Assembly (NCBI GenBank): GCA_004284765.1
Contig: NQJD01000008.1
Coordinates: forward strand, 60,001-92,000
DNA from: Candidatus Electronema aureum
GTDB taxonomy: Bacteria; Desulfobacterota; Desulfobulbia; Desulfobulbales; Desulfobulbaceae
Length of the DNA stretch: 32,000 nt
Reading direction: 5' to 3'
The notes under the pieces: generated by a model
Database searches by the model: none
What the model saw: the letters and a program-made list of their open reading frames with translations, nothing else
What the model was told of the DNA's origin: nothing
Shown here: positions 17,134 through 25,075 of the stretch, piece by piece
Layout: each line of letters begins with the position of its first letter
Numbering within the stretch: the first letter of the stretch is position 1
Made by a program: the position numbers and the translations under genes

Positions 17134-18615
17134 CTACTCGTAACGGGCGGCCCAAATATCGTACTCGCTGATATCACGACCAAACATATTGGGGCGGAAA
17201 TCGTCAGTTTGGAGCCAGATGGCAAGAGCATTGCCCGCCGCATCAATCGCGATCTGAGGAACTTCCGCATTGTCTGCGTCGGTCGTGATGGACTGGGCCT
17301 TCTCCCAGCCGCTGCCAAGGACATATCGACTGGCCCGGATATTGCAACCATTAACGACAATACCAGTTGGCTTGCTGCTGCACTGGCTCCAAACAGCAAG
17401 GGCATTGCCTGCTCTGTCGAAAGCGATCTTGGGATGATACGCATGGTTCATGGCAGCACCGGTTTCGATGCGCTGGGCCTTCTGCCAGCCGACATCTGCT
17501 GTGTAACGGTTGAACCAGAGGTTGGTCCGGTCGGCATCACGCTGACACTCGGACCAGACAGCAAGGCCATTGCCCGCTCCATCGAAGGCGACCTCAGGAG
17601 GTTCCGCACAGCCTGGTGCGCCGTTATTGATGCGCTGGGCTTTCTGCCAGCCGTTGCCTGCCACATAACGGTTGCTCCAGATATTATCCTCATGCCCGTT
17701 GTCGCGTTGCTGCCAAACAACAAGGGCGTTGCCAGCTTCATCCACAGCAATCTCGTGATTCGGACTTGCATTCTTCTTGATGATCTGTGCCTTCTGCCAG
17801 CCCTTGCCGACCTCATAGCGGTTAGACCAGAGATTTGTACACGTGGGATCTTCATCTTTCCCCCAGACGGCAATGGCGTTGCCTTTTTTGTCCATTGCAA
17901 CTTTGAGAAGTTTTGGATGGACATTGACACCTATAACATCAGTGCCCCCAGCATCGGTCGCTATAAATTGGATATCACCCCAGCTTTTGCCTGACATGTA
18001 GTATTTAGCTATAATATTTCCTTCTAAAGTCCAAGCAACAACAACATTGCCTGCTTTATTCATTGCAATCCTGAGATCGGATACAGAATTAGCATTTTTA
18101 GAATTGAATAAACCGTTAAAGAGGCTGGTCTCCTTGATTACCTGTGCCTCCTGCCAGTCTTTACCAGACTCGTAGCGATCAGTCCATATTTTGCCACTCC
18201 GACTCGAAGCAACAATGGCATTTCCACGTCCATCAATTGCAACATTGGAATGGTATATGTCGTTGATTTGAATTGACCGAGCTGTTCCCCAGCCTCTGCC
18301 GGCCTTGTAACTATTGATCCACATATTTCTGCGGTCGTTGTCACTCTTCCACATATTTCCGCTGTTGTTGTCACTCTGATTCCAGAAAACAATGACATCA
18401 CCAGCCTCGTTGAACGAAACTTCGAGACTGTACTTTTCGGCATCATCACCAGCTTTGATATGTTTAGGAGCATGCCATGTCTTTTTATTCGCCGGTGCTG
18501 CCGGGGTGGTGCGGTCGAGCACATCAGCGGCACCGCCTGCTGGAACAGCAAGGCAGAGAGACGCAAGGATGGCCTTGCTGACAACGGTTCGGGCAAAGAA
18601 GGAGTTACGTCTCAT
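17134..18615 (-). CDS. Secreted protein with about 8 tandem 45-50-aa repeats, likely a beta-propeller-like fold
   Basis: Signal peptide MRRNSFFARTVVSKAILASLCLAVPAGGAA. The repeat signature hxhAhDxxGNAhxVW...NhWxNRYxxGxGWQKAQxI recurs 8 times. I recognise no family name. Confidence 0.75.
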   Translation of the reverse strand: MRRNSFFARTVVSKAILASLCLAVPAGGAADVLDRTTPAAPANKKTWHAPKHIKAGDDAEKYSLEVSFNEAGDVIVFWNQSDNNSGNMWKSDNDRRNMWINSYKAGRGWGTARSIQINDIYHSNVAIDGRGNAIVASSRSGKIWTDRYESGKDWQEAQVIKETSLFNGLFNSKNANSVSDLRIAMNKAGNVVVAWTLEGNIIAKYYMSGKSWGDIQFIATDAGGTDVIGVNVHPKLLKVAMDKKGNAIAVWGKDEDPTCTNLWSNRYEVGKGWQKAQIIKKNASPNHEIAVDEAGNALVVWQQRDNGHEDNIWSNRYVAGNGWQKAQRINNGAPGCAEPPEVAFDGAGNGLAVWSECQRDADRTNLWFNRYTADVGWQKAQRIETGAAMNHAYHPKIAFDRAGNALAVWSQCSSKPTGIVVNGCNIRASRYVLGSGWEKAQSITTDADNAEVPQIAIDAAGNALAIWLQTDDFRPNMFGRDISEYDIWAARYE

Positions 18616-18754
18616 CGCGTCACCTCAGGTGATAATTTTCAGCGGCACCGCCTGCTGGAACAGCAAGGCAGAGAGACGCAAGGATGGCCTTGCTGACAAC
18701 GGTTCGGGCAAAGAAGGAGTTACGTCTCATCGCGTCACCTCAGGTGATAATTTT
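18525..18754. repeat. Perfect tandem duplication (2 x 115 bp) spanning the RBS, start codon and signal-peptide codons of the 17134..18615 gene
   Basis: 18525..18639 and 18640..18754 are identical by eye. The second copy gives a decoy ATG at 18730..18728 that opens a 36-codon ORF (MRRNSFFARTVVSKAILASLCLAVPAGGAAENYHLR). That ORF stops in the AGGTGA Shine-Dalgarno, 4 nt before the authentic ATG at 18615. Confidence 0.93.
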
Positions 18755-18778
18755 CAAGAAGAAGTAAAATATATTATC

Positions 18779-18808
18779 AGAATATTGGCTCGGTGCGTGT
18801 CTTGTCAA
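18779..18808 (-). promoter_or_regulatory. Putative sigma70-type promoter with the extended -35 TTGACAAGAC, on the minus strand
   Basis: The minus strand reads TTGACA (18808..18803), an 18-nt spacer, then TATTCT (18784..18779). It lies upstream of the duplicated 5' region of the repeat-protein gene. Confidence 0.4.
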
Positions 18809-18860
18809 GCATGTTATAGACGTTTATGGATGTGCGCTTCGCCTGTGCTCGCTCCAAAAC

Positions 18861-19008
18861 ACAGGTTAAGCTCCTGCTCTGGACAGGCTATGCACAGAGG
18901 GAGCATAACGTTATGCTCCTGCCGAGCTTAACCTGTCTACAGCACGAGCATAGGCTATGGTTTGCGCCTGCCATAGCCTATGCTCTTTAATCACCATAGC
19001 CTATGTTC
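18861..19008. repeat. Cluster of palindromes and inverted repeats of a second type (GAGCATA-N-TATGCTC / CCATAGCCTATGYTC)
   Basis: - Perfect 18-bp palindrome GAGCATAACGTTATGCTC at 18901..18918.
- It is nested in the 13-bp inverted repeat ACAGGTTAAGCTC (18861..18873) / GAGCTTAACCTGT (18924..18936).
- GAGCATAGGCTATGG (18946..18960) is the exact inverted repeat of CCATAGCCTATGCTC (18971..18985).
- A third copy, CCATAGCCTATGTTC, sits at 18994..19008, which is 23 bp after the second. Confidence 0.8.
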
Positions 19009-19072
19009 TGGCAAAGGCATGGGGCATCCTCTGGCAAAAATGCTCTGCGCTCCAGCATTGTTGACAATTCCA

Positions 19073-19101
19073 TTGACAAGACCGCAGCACCGTTTTAATC
19101 T
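19073..19101 (+). promoter_or_regulatory. Putative sigma70-type promoter with the extended -35 TTGACAAGAC
   Basis: TTGACA (19073..19078), a 17-nt spacer, then TAATCT (19096..19101), about 57 nt upstream of the ATG at 19159. A second TTGACA lies at 19061. Confidence 0.45.
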
Positions 19102-19158
19102 GCGGGAAAGCGGCAGCATCCTCCCTCCTTATCCCACCTTTCTTACAGGAGAACCAGC

Positions 19159-20235
19159 ATGACAACCATTCAATGGCGGCCCCAAGTCAATGCCCTCACC
19201 AAGCCCCAATCCTACCGCCCGCAAGTGGTGCCGCGCGGCACATCCGGCTACGACAAGATGGCTGTCGACATCTCGACTGCTCATCCGGTGTATAACGCTG
19301 ACCTGATTCGCTCGGTCGCGCCGCTGATCATGGACTGGATACAGCAGGAGCTGATCAGCGGCTTGCAGGTGACGCTGGAGGATGCCTTCACCTTTCATCC
19401 CTCGATGACTGGAAAAATGGCCGGGCCGGATGACCCGCTGCCGAATGCCAATGAGCTGCTGCAAGTCAATGTGTACGCCGCCCGCGCCTTTGTCCAAGCT
19501 GTCCGCCAAAAGGCCAAGCTGGAGCGGCTGCCGATGAATGAGAAGCTGCCGCAGGTCACGTCAAGCGAAGACACCAAGCTCAAGCTGGCCGATGTCCTCA
19601 ACCCGAACGGCGTGCTGCGCCTGACCGGCAGCAATCTCTGGTTTGATGAGAACGACCCGGACAGCGGCTGCACCATCAGCGGCACCCAGAGCGGCGTGAA
19701 AAAGCAGAGCACCTTCGCCTCAGTCTCCAACAGCGAGATACTGCTGGTGCCGGACATCCCGGCTCAGGCCCATCCGTGGAACAACGAATGCGCCTTGAGC
19801 CTCACCACCCAATATACCGCGCACGGCACACCGCGCACCGGCATCTACCGCAGGCGGCTGCGCAGCCCGCTCACTGCGACGAAGATGGGCCACCCTAATC
19901 CGCCGGAGACCGGTATTCTTAGTGGCAATGGAGCCAGCCCCTTGGTCAGCATCAAGGGAGGGACGGTCTCGACAGACGAGCGGCTGCGCATTCAGGCGGT
20001 TCTTGACGTGCAGGCAGACCGGCTGCTCTTCAGCTTGCTGGATATGAAGGAAAATGGCGCGGCAGGAGCAGAGGTGCCTGTGGCTGCGAACGGGAGCTTC
20101 ACCCTGCAAGGCTTCAGCGGCTCGGCAGTCAGCAGTTTGACGATCAGCGTGAATGACTATGCCAGCCTGAAGAAGCTGGTTCACGATCAGTACAGCGGCA
20201 GGCTGGTTGATATACTGGATGTGAAGGTGGCGTGA
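19159..20235 (+). CDS. HU-like (HU-HIG type) DNA-binding domain protein with a DUF4469-like region; paralog 2
   Basis: It is collinear with 4041..5108 (MTTIQWRPQVNALTKPQSYRPQVVPRGTSGYDKMAVDIS... against MLTILWRPAPNALTTPKSYRIQAVPRSTDGYDEMAADIS...). It shares VLNPNGVLRLTGSNL, VPDIPAQ, YTAHGTPRTG and the C-terminal YSGRLVDxLDVxx. Identity is roughly 45-50% by eye. Confidence 0.6.
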   Translation: MTTIQWRPQVNALTKPQSYRPQVVPRGTSGYDKMAVDISTAHPVYNADLIRSVAPLIMDWIQQELISGLQVTLEDAFTFHPSMTGKMAGPDDPLPNANELLQVNVYAARAFVQAVRQKAKLERLPMNEKLPQVTSSEDTKLKLADVLNPNGVLRLTGSNLWFDENDPDSGCTISGTQSGVKKQSTFASVSNSEILLVPDIPAQAHPWNNECALSLTTQYTAHGTPRTGIYRRRLRSPLTATKMGHPNPPETGILSGNGASPLVSIKGGTVSTDERLRIQAVLDVQADRLLFSLLDMKENGAAGAEVPVAANGSFTLQGFSGSAVSSLTISVNDYASLKKLVHDQYSGRLVDILDVKVA

Positions 20236-20240
20236 AGGAT

Positions 20241-20293
20241 GCCGCGACTCCAGCGGGAAGAGCGGCCTGGCTTGCGCACCAAAGGCAGGGCGA
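20241..20293. other. Second, internally deleted remnant of the radical-SAM gene 5' region
   Basis: GCCGCGACTCCAGCGGGAAGAGCGGC matches 15846..15871 with 1 mismatch. It is joined directly to GGCTTGCGCACCAAAGGCAGG, which matches 16093..16113 with 2 mismatches. The remnant lies immediately after the stop of 19159..20235. Confidence 0.6.
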
Positions 20294-20418
20294 ACACAGG
20301 GTATCGCGGCTGCGCTCCTGCGGAGGATAACACTATCTTCCGGCAACGTGATGGTTAAACACGACAAGTCGTATCCCTATCCCTGCCCTAAGCCTGTCAG
20401 GTTGAAAGGGTGTCAAGG

Positions 20419-21195
20419 TCATGTTTGTTTGAACTGAGCCAAGGCCGCCTTGAGCATCTCCGCTGTGCCTTCATGTCCTGCGCTGGCAGCAATAAATCCG
20501 CCACGCTGTTGCACTAACTCTATCACCAGCTGCGATGCGCTTCGTAGCGTTAAAGGAAACACGGCATTTCGCAGCAAGGTCAAGTCATCATCTGTATCAC
20601 CTGCGGCGCATCGAATGTAATGGGTTTGCCCAAATGCTGCTTGAAAGGCTGCGTATTTATCCCCAAGTTTAGGGATAAGAGCTATCTTGCGCCTTCCAGC
20701 AATGATCCTGAACTGTTTACCTATAATAGTTGGCAGTTCTGCAATAAAAGCTGCTGCAAACTGTTGTTCTTTGACAGAGTAGAGTAGAACAGACTGATGG
20801 CTTCCTTGATAATATTCTGTGTCAATCGCCAAATTGTGCTGTCGAACTATTTCTTTGATCTGAGCATGAGCAGAAGCAAGATTAACTTCGGATAATACTC
20901 TTTCATTCCAAGCAGGACAGCCGTCAATACGTGTTCCGTGTTCCAATATCCAGCCAGTAATCCGTAAACCAGCAGTAGCAAAATGCGCTCGAAAATCAGC
21001 AGTTGTTGTCATAGACCTGCCTGTTGCAACATAGAGATCGGTTAATTCTGCCAATTCAAGCAGTAGTTCAATGACACGGTAGTCTATGACCGAATCAGTT
21101 GTCCGACCCCGGATAGGTAAACCATCTGGCAGCGGACTATTATGATTTAGAGTTCCATCAAGATCAAAGACAAAAGCTGCTTTTCTTCTTTCCAT
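20419..21195 (-). CDS. HAD-superfamily phosphatase/hydrolase
   Basis: Motif I is FVFDLDGTLNH. A later GD(T)DDD-type motif is CAAGDTDDDLTLL. The gene lies 3 nt downstream of the preceding HAD gene. Confidence 0.8.
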   Translation of the reverse strand: MERRKAAFVFDLDGTLNHNSPLPDGLPIRGRTTDSVIDYRVIELLLELAELTDLYVATGRSMTTTADFRAHFATAGLRITGWILEHGTRIDGCPAWNERVLSEVNLASAHAQIKEIVRQHNLAIDTEYYQGSHQSVLLYSVKEQQFAAAFIAELPTIIGKQFRIIAGRRKIALIPKLGDKYAAFQAAFGQTHYIRCAAGDTDDDLTLLRNAVFPLTLRSASQLVIELVQQRGGFIAASAGHEGTAEMLKAALAQFKQT

Positions 21196-21198
21196 CTT

Positions 21199-21936
21199 TT
21201 AGCTATGATGATCTGCTAATTTGGCATAAGCCCAGCGCAACATATCCTCTGCTGCTGCATGAGCAGTGAAAGGTGAGCAGTAACCGTTTTTTCCTTTTAC
21301 AATCTCTTGTATTTCAGGACAGGCCGTACTCAGCGTAACTGAATGCGTGCTTTTCTGTAGCAGCTGCATATCGTTGAGATCGTTTCCTAAGGAAATGTAT
21401 GGCTCGACATTGAACTGGGCAAGACCAAGCATCTTGTCAGGCATCTGAGGATAGATAAAAATCTTCGGGTGCTGATGACAAACATAACCGTTCTCTTGCG
21501 TTTCCTTTAACAGTTGCTGAACAAGAGCTGCTGGATTTTCATATCTGTTTGGTAGGATAAACCCTACAGAGCTTTCATACCCCAGAATTGGTTCCCAATC
21601 GACAGGAACCTTGTCTGCAAATCGCCATTTTCTTTTGTGTTGGTTTGTACTGCTTATATCAGTTTTGACAATGAAACCATTCTCAAGTACAAACCCGGCA
21701 AAGTGTACTTTTGTAAGCTGATTGGTTATTTTTTCAACGCTAAAGGCATTTCTCCCGGTTGCAATAAAAGTCGGTAGTCGCTGACTGATTTCAGCCAGCA
21801 GCTCAACAGTTTTACCAGAAAGATAGCAATCCCTTGAACGCCCTTTGATGATGTAGGATTCCGGCTCATAATGCAGAAGCGTTCCATCAAGGTCAACAAC
21901 AACTGCTTTGTCGGGATGGCCTTTGCGTATGTCCAT
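21199..21936 (-). CDS. HAD-superfamily phosphatase/hydrolase
   Basis: Motif I is VVVDLDGTLLH, with a conserved ATGRN and a C-terminal GNDLNDMQLL. Its start abuts the stop of the upstream gene (21936/21937). Confidence 0.8.
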   Translation of the reverse strand: MDIRKGHPDKAVVVDLDGTLLHYEPESYIIKGRSRDCYLSGKTVELLAEISQRLPTFIATGRNAFSVEKITNQLTKVHFAGFVLENGFIVKTDISSTNQHKRKWRFADKVPVDWEPILGYESSVGFILPNRYENPAALVQQLLKETQENGYVCHQHPKIFIYPQMPDKMLGLAQFNVEPYISLGNDLNDMQLLQKSTHSVTLSTACPEIQEIVKGKNGYCSPFTAHAAAEDMLRWAYAKLADHHS

Positions 21937-22929
21937 TTATCCGGCAATATGTAAAGAACAGGCAGCACGAGTGCGGTAATTTCGTAAAAATTGCTGATTG
22001 TATTGCACTGGCACCTTGCGCTGATCAGCCAAAGTCAGCAGCAGTGAAAAATGCTCGCGCACATACTGGGCATCATCAACAAAAAACAAAGTGCTGGGCA
22101 AGGCGTTGATCAATGCCCTGCAAACTTCGTTACTGTGCAGACGCAGCTCAGTTTTTTGATAGAATTTTTCGCCGCCACCAAGCGGGAACGCAGCAGGCCG
22201 GGAAGGGCCTGATTGGTACCAAGTGGCAACTAAGTCCTTGCGGACATAGCGTTCTGGAAATGTATAAGCCGCAAAAAAACTTTGCTCATCAATAAAAAAA
22301 GTCCTTGAAAAGCCAAGCGTTGCCAGCCCTGTGAAACAGGCAGAAGGACAGAAAATGTCTTCTTGGCAGCCTGAAAAATCAGCCCAGCCCCAAGGATCAT
22401 TGAGGACAGCCAAAGGCCCTGCACCAAGCCGAGCAAGTTCTCTGGCTACCCCGCCGCGCCCTGTCCAGCCGTCCACGAAAATAATTTTTCGTTCTGGAAA
22501 ATCAGCCTGTAGGCGGGATAAGGCCACGCGGTCGATACCGATACCGACAAAAAGCGACAGAGCCGCTGCAACTGATCCGGGTAGCATTGTGCAGAGCCAT
22601 TGAGCAATCGGAACGCCAGCCCTGAGAATCGCGGCAAAAAGCAGACGCTCTGGCTGCGGCTCCCATTGTATAATCGCCGCTGCGAGCCGTTGCGCCGCTT
22701 CCCGAATCTGCTCATTGTCAATTTCTACTGCCACGGTGTGCCAGAAATCATCATCAAGATCAGGTTCAGGTGAGGGAGCTGACCAAAAGGTATTTTCACC
22801 AGAGTATGCTTGATTCAAGCTGCGAAAACGATGTGGCTCGTCAAAAGGATGAACTTCTTCAAGAAGATTGACGTAGAGATGCTGCTGCCAGATATTTCCT
22901 TCCGCAGAAGGAAGAATCGCCTTGTGCAT
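21937..22929 (-). CDS. Phosphoribosyltransferase-like protein (ComF-like/StiP-N-type PRTase of Ter-associated clusters)
   Basis: KIIFVDGWTGRGGVARELARL resembles the DGWTGKG signature I associate with the PRTase_3/StiP N-terminal family. The operon context with a PRTase_2-like gene and two HAD genes supports the call. The assignment is from memory only. Confidence 0.5.
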   Translation of the reverse strand: MHKAILPSAEGNIWQQHLYVNLLEEVHPFDEPHRFRSLNQAYSGENTFWSAPSPEPDLDDDFWHTVAVEIDNEQIREAAQRLAAAIIQWEPQPERLLFAAILRAGVPIAQWLCTMLPGSVAAALSLFVGIGIDRVALSRLQADFPERKIIFVDGWTGRGGVARELARLGAGPLAVLNDPWGWADFSGCQEDIFCPSACFTGLATLGFSRTFFIDEQSFFAAYTFPERYVRKDLVATWYQSGPSRPAAFPLGGGEKFYQKTELRLHSNEVCRALINALPSTLFFVDDAQYVREHFSLLLTLADQRKVPVQYNQQFLRNYRTRAACSLHIAG

Positions 22930-22949
22930 ATCAAATCGCCACGCAGAGG

Positions 22950-23870
22950 TTATGAAAGCGAAAACTCTTCAACAGTCATCCCCGTTGTTTCTAAATGATC
23001 TTTTACCTTATTGCCGATCTCGTGATCAGCTGGATCGTACAATAGATGTATTGGACTTTTTATACGTTGATAATTGTATAGAAAATAATTGCAAAAATTC
23101 ACCCTGCTTTTGATGTGAATTGTATCCACAGTCCAAGGGCTGAGTGTGATGTGCTGAAATGACCTGAAGACACGGGCAGCAACGAGAAAAACTGCTGTAC
23201 TTACAGCTTCGCCAATCACGAAAAGATGCTCTCCGTAATGTCTCTTGATCAGGTGCTGTTTACCGAGTTCAGCTGCCACGTTTTCTATCATATTTTCAGG
23301 ATAAGATGCTATTATCGTGTTGCTATTTTCTATTTTGTTGCAATATTCAGCTGCGGAACCGTGAATGCCTGCCAAAGAGGCAGCAGAATGAAAAAGATAC
23401 GTTTTTTCTGAGCAGCCAACTAGACGAAAAAAATCATCTTTTTGCAGTTGAGAACGAGAATCAGCAAAGGAAAAAATTCGGAAGATTTTTGCGGAAACAT
23501 GTTTCTGTATCTGGTTGAGTAAATTTTTCACTGTAGTGCCGGAAGTTATTTCATCTTCAACTATCCAAATTTCTTCATAATGACCTTCTGGCAGCGGCAA
23601 AATGTGATGCGGCCCGTGTGAATGAATTTCCTGAAAAGGGATACCTGATACGCCGACGCGGCGGGTGGAACATGTCCAGTTGCACGAAATCTTTCGACGA
23701 AGTGCCTCCATATACATCAAAAATGACGGAACAATACCTGATTCCGTTAGCCCTATCAGTAACACTTCTCCTAAAACTGGCACGTAGTTCGCTGATTCTT
23801 CAAGCAATTGAGCCAAATAGCCGCTTCCCCGCTGAAGATGTGAACAGTCGGCAGGATGCAGTTTTCCCAA
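22950..23870 (-). CDS. Phosphoribosyltransferase (PRTase_2-like) with a C-terminal TRSP-like domain
   Basis: The PRPP-binding loop is EIWIVEDEITSGTTVKNLL. The upstream STRRVGVSGIPFQEIHSHGPHHILPL resembles the F-x-E-x-HSH motif of Ter-associated PRTases. The ORF starts at TTG 23870, so the start is uncertain. Confidence 0.62.
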   Translation of the reverse strand: MGKLHPADCSHLQRGSGYLAQLLEESANYVPVLGEVLLIGLTESGIVPSFLMYMEALRRKISCNWTCSTRRVGVSGIPFQEIHSHGPHHILPLPEGHYEEIWIVEDEITSGTTVKNLLNQIQKHVSAKIFRIFSFADSRSQLQKDDFFRLVGCSEKTYLFHSAASLAGIHGSAAEYCNKIENSNTIIASYPENMIENVAAELGKQHLIKRHYGEHLFVIGEAVSTAVFLVAARVFRSFQHITLSPWTVDTIHIKSRVNFCNYFLYNYQRIKSPIHLLYDPADHEIGNKVKDHLETTGMTVEEFSLS

Positions 23871-23967
23871 GAAAGAAGCGGTGAAGGCTTCTTTTCTTAA
23901 AGGATTGTTGTCTCGCTGAATAAAAAAAAATCACGCATAATTCACCTCAATTGTGTGCGCATTCATC

Positions 23968-24660
23968 TTAGGGTTGCCAGCGATAGCCCATGCCGTATTC
24001 GGAGCGAATGGCGTTAAAAGTTGAATCTACTTCTTGAAATTTATCCCTGATTCTACGAATATGAGCGGCAATAGCATTGTTCGTAACAATTACGCTGGCC
24101 GCTTCCATTAGCTGGTCATGATTTTTGACATGACCGGGTCGCCGGGCTAAACAGAGTAAAATCCAAAATTCAGTCAAGGTTAAGCTGACCGGCAGACTCC
24201 GCCAATGCACTTCCTTGCGGTCTTCATCAATGCGCAGGTTTTGATGCTCGATGATTCGGTTGTTTGTACTGTTGCTACGCAGTGCCTCAACCGTGCGGAA
24301 CAGGGCAGAAATACGGGCCGGCAGAAAGTCTAAGGTAGTAGTGTCTTTGGTCAGATAATCCCAAGCACCAAGCCGCAAGCCAGAGACCCGGTCCACGTCC
24401 GAGTTACGGGCAGTAAGAAAAATGATTGGAATTACCGGCGAAAGAGAGCGCAGATGCTGGCAGAGGTCAAATCCTCCCTCCATTTCCTCGCCGAGCATAA
24501 TGTCTAATACGGCAAGGTCGGGCAGGGAGCGGTCAAAAGCAGCCACAGCTTCCTTGCGGCTGCTGTAGGAGCTGACCTCGTAACCTTCCCGATGCAAAGC
24601 CTGAGCATAATTGGCCTGCAATCTGAGATCGTCTTCGACGAGAGCAATACGGTAGGTCAT
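23968..24660 (-). CDS. OmpR/PhoB-family response regulator (receiver plus winged helix) with no adjacent histidine kinase
   Basis: Receiver motifs are IALVEDD, LAVLDIMLG, IIFLTAR and W.DYLTKD. The C-terminal wHTH reads LTLTEFWILLCLARRPGHV...YGMGYRW. I place the start at ATG 24660 (MTYRIALVEDD). Confidence 0.9.
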   Translation of the reverse strand: MTYRIALVEDDLRLQANYAQALHREGYEVSSYSSRKEAVAAFDRSLPDLAVLDIMLGEEMEGGFDLCQHLRSLSPVIPIIFLTARNSDVDRVSGLRLGAWDYLTKDTTTLDFLPARISALFRTVEALRSNSTNNRIIEHQNLRIDEDRKEVHWRSLPVSLTLTEFWILLCLARRPGHVKNHDQLMEAASVIVTNNAIAAHIRRIRDKFQEVDSTFNAIRSEYGMGYRWQP

Positions 24661-24868
24661 GGCGGCAGTGTGGGTAATGGTCTTTTTCAGCTGAAAATAT
24701 CTGAAACTGTACCAGATATTTTTTTTTTTCACCACTCTGCTTTTTTCTTGTCATAATTCGTCACACTTTTTCTTTAGCAAGTCATGATTCAGCGGCAAAG
24801 CAGTCATGGTCATTACCCAAAATACTCATAGGTAGAAACATGAGATGAAGAACAGATGGAGAACAATC

Positions 24869-25066
24869 ATGATCACAGAAAAAATCAGCGGCAAACAGCC
24901 CTTGACTATAGACCCTGGCTCTCTGATGCTGGCAATGTATGTCCTTGCTGTGACCGCGTTGGTACTGTTTGGCTGGTTTGGTGCAGCTGGAGCAGGCGGT
25001 GAGACAAAGGTAGCGGAAACAGCGGTTGTAGCGGTTGTCCAGAACGTCACAGCTCAAGCTCAGTAG
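24869..25066 (+). CDS. Possible small single-pass membrane protein (65 aa)
   Basis: ATG 24869 is preceded by GGAGAAC. One hydrophobic helix is LMLAMYVLAVTALVLFGWFGA. The gene ends 9 nt before the next gene. Antisense ORFs overlap it, so the coding call is tentative. Confidence 0.35.
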   Translation: MITEKISGKQPLTIDPGSLMLAMYVLAVTALVLFGWFGAAGAGGETKVAETAVVAVVQNVTAQAQ

Positions 25067-25075
25067 GCAACCATA

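Noticed and set aside
17098-17994. 298-aa + strand ORF.
   Set aside because: It is antisense to the signal-peptide-bearing repeat protein. Its own periodicity simply mirrors the repeats on the other strand.
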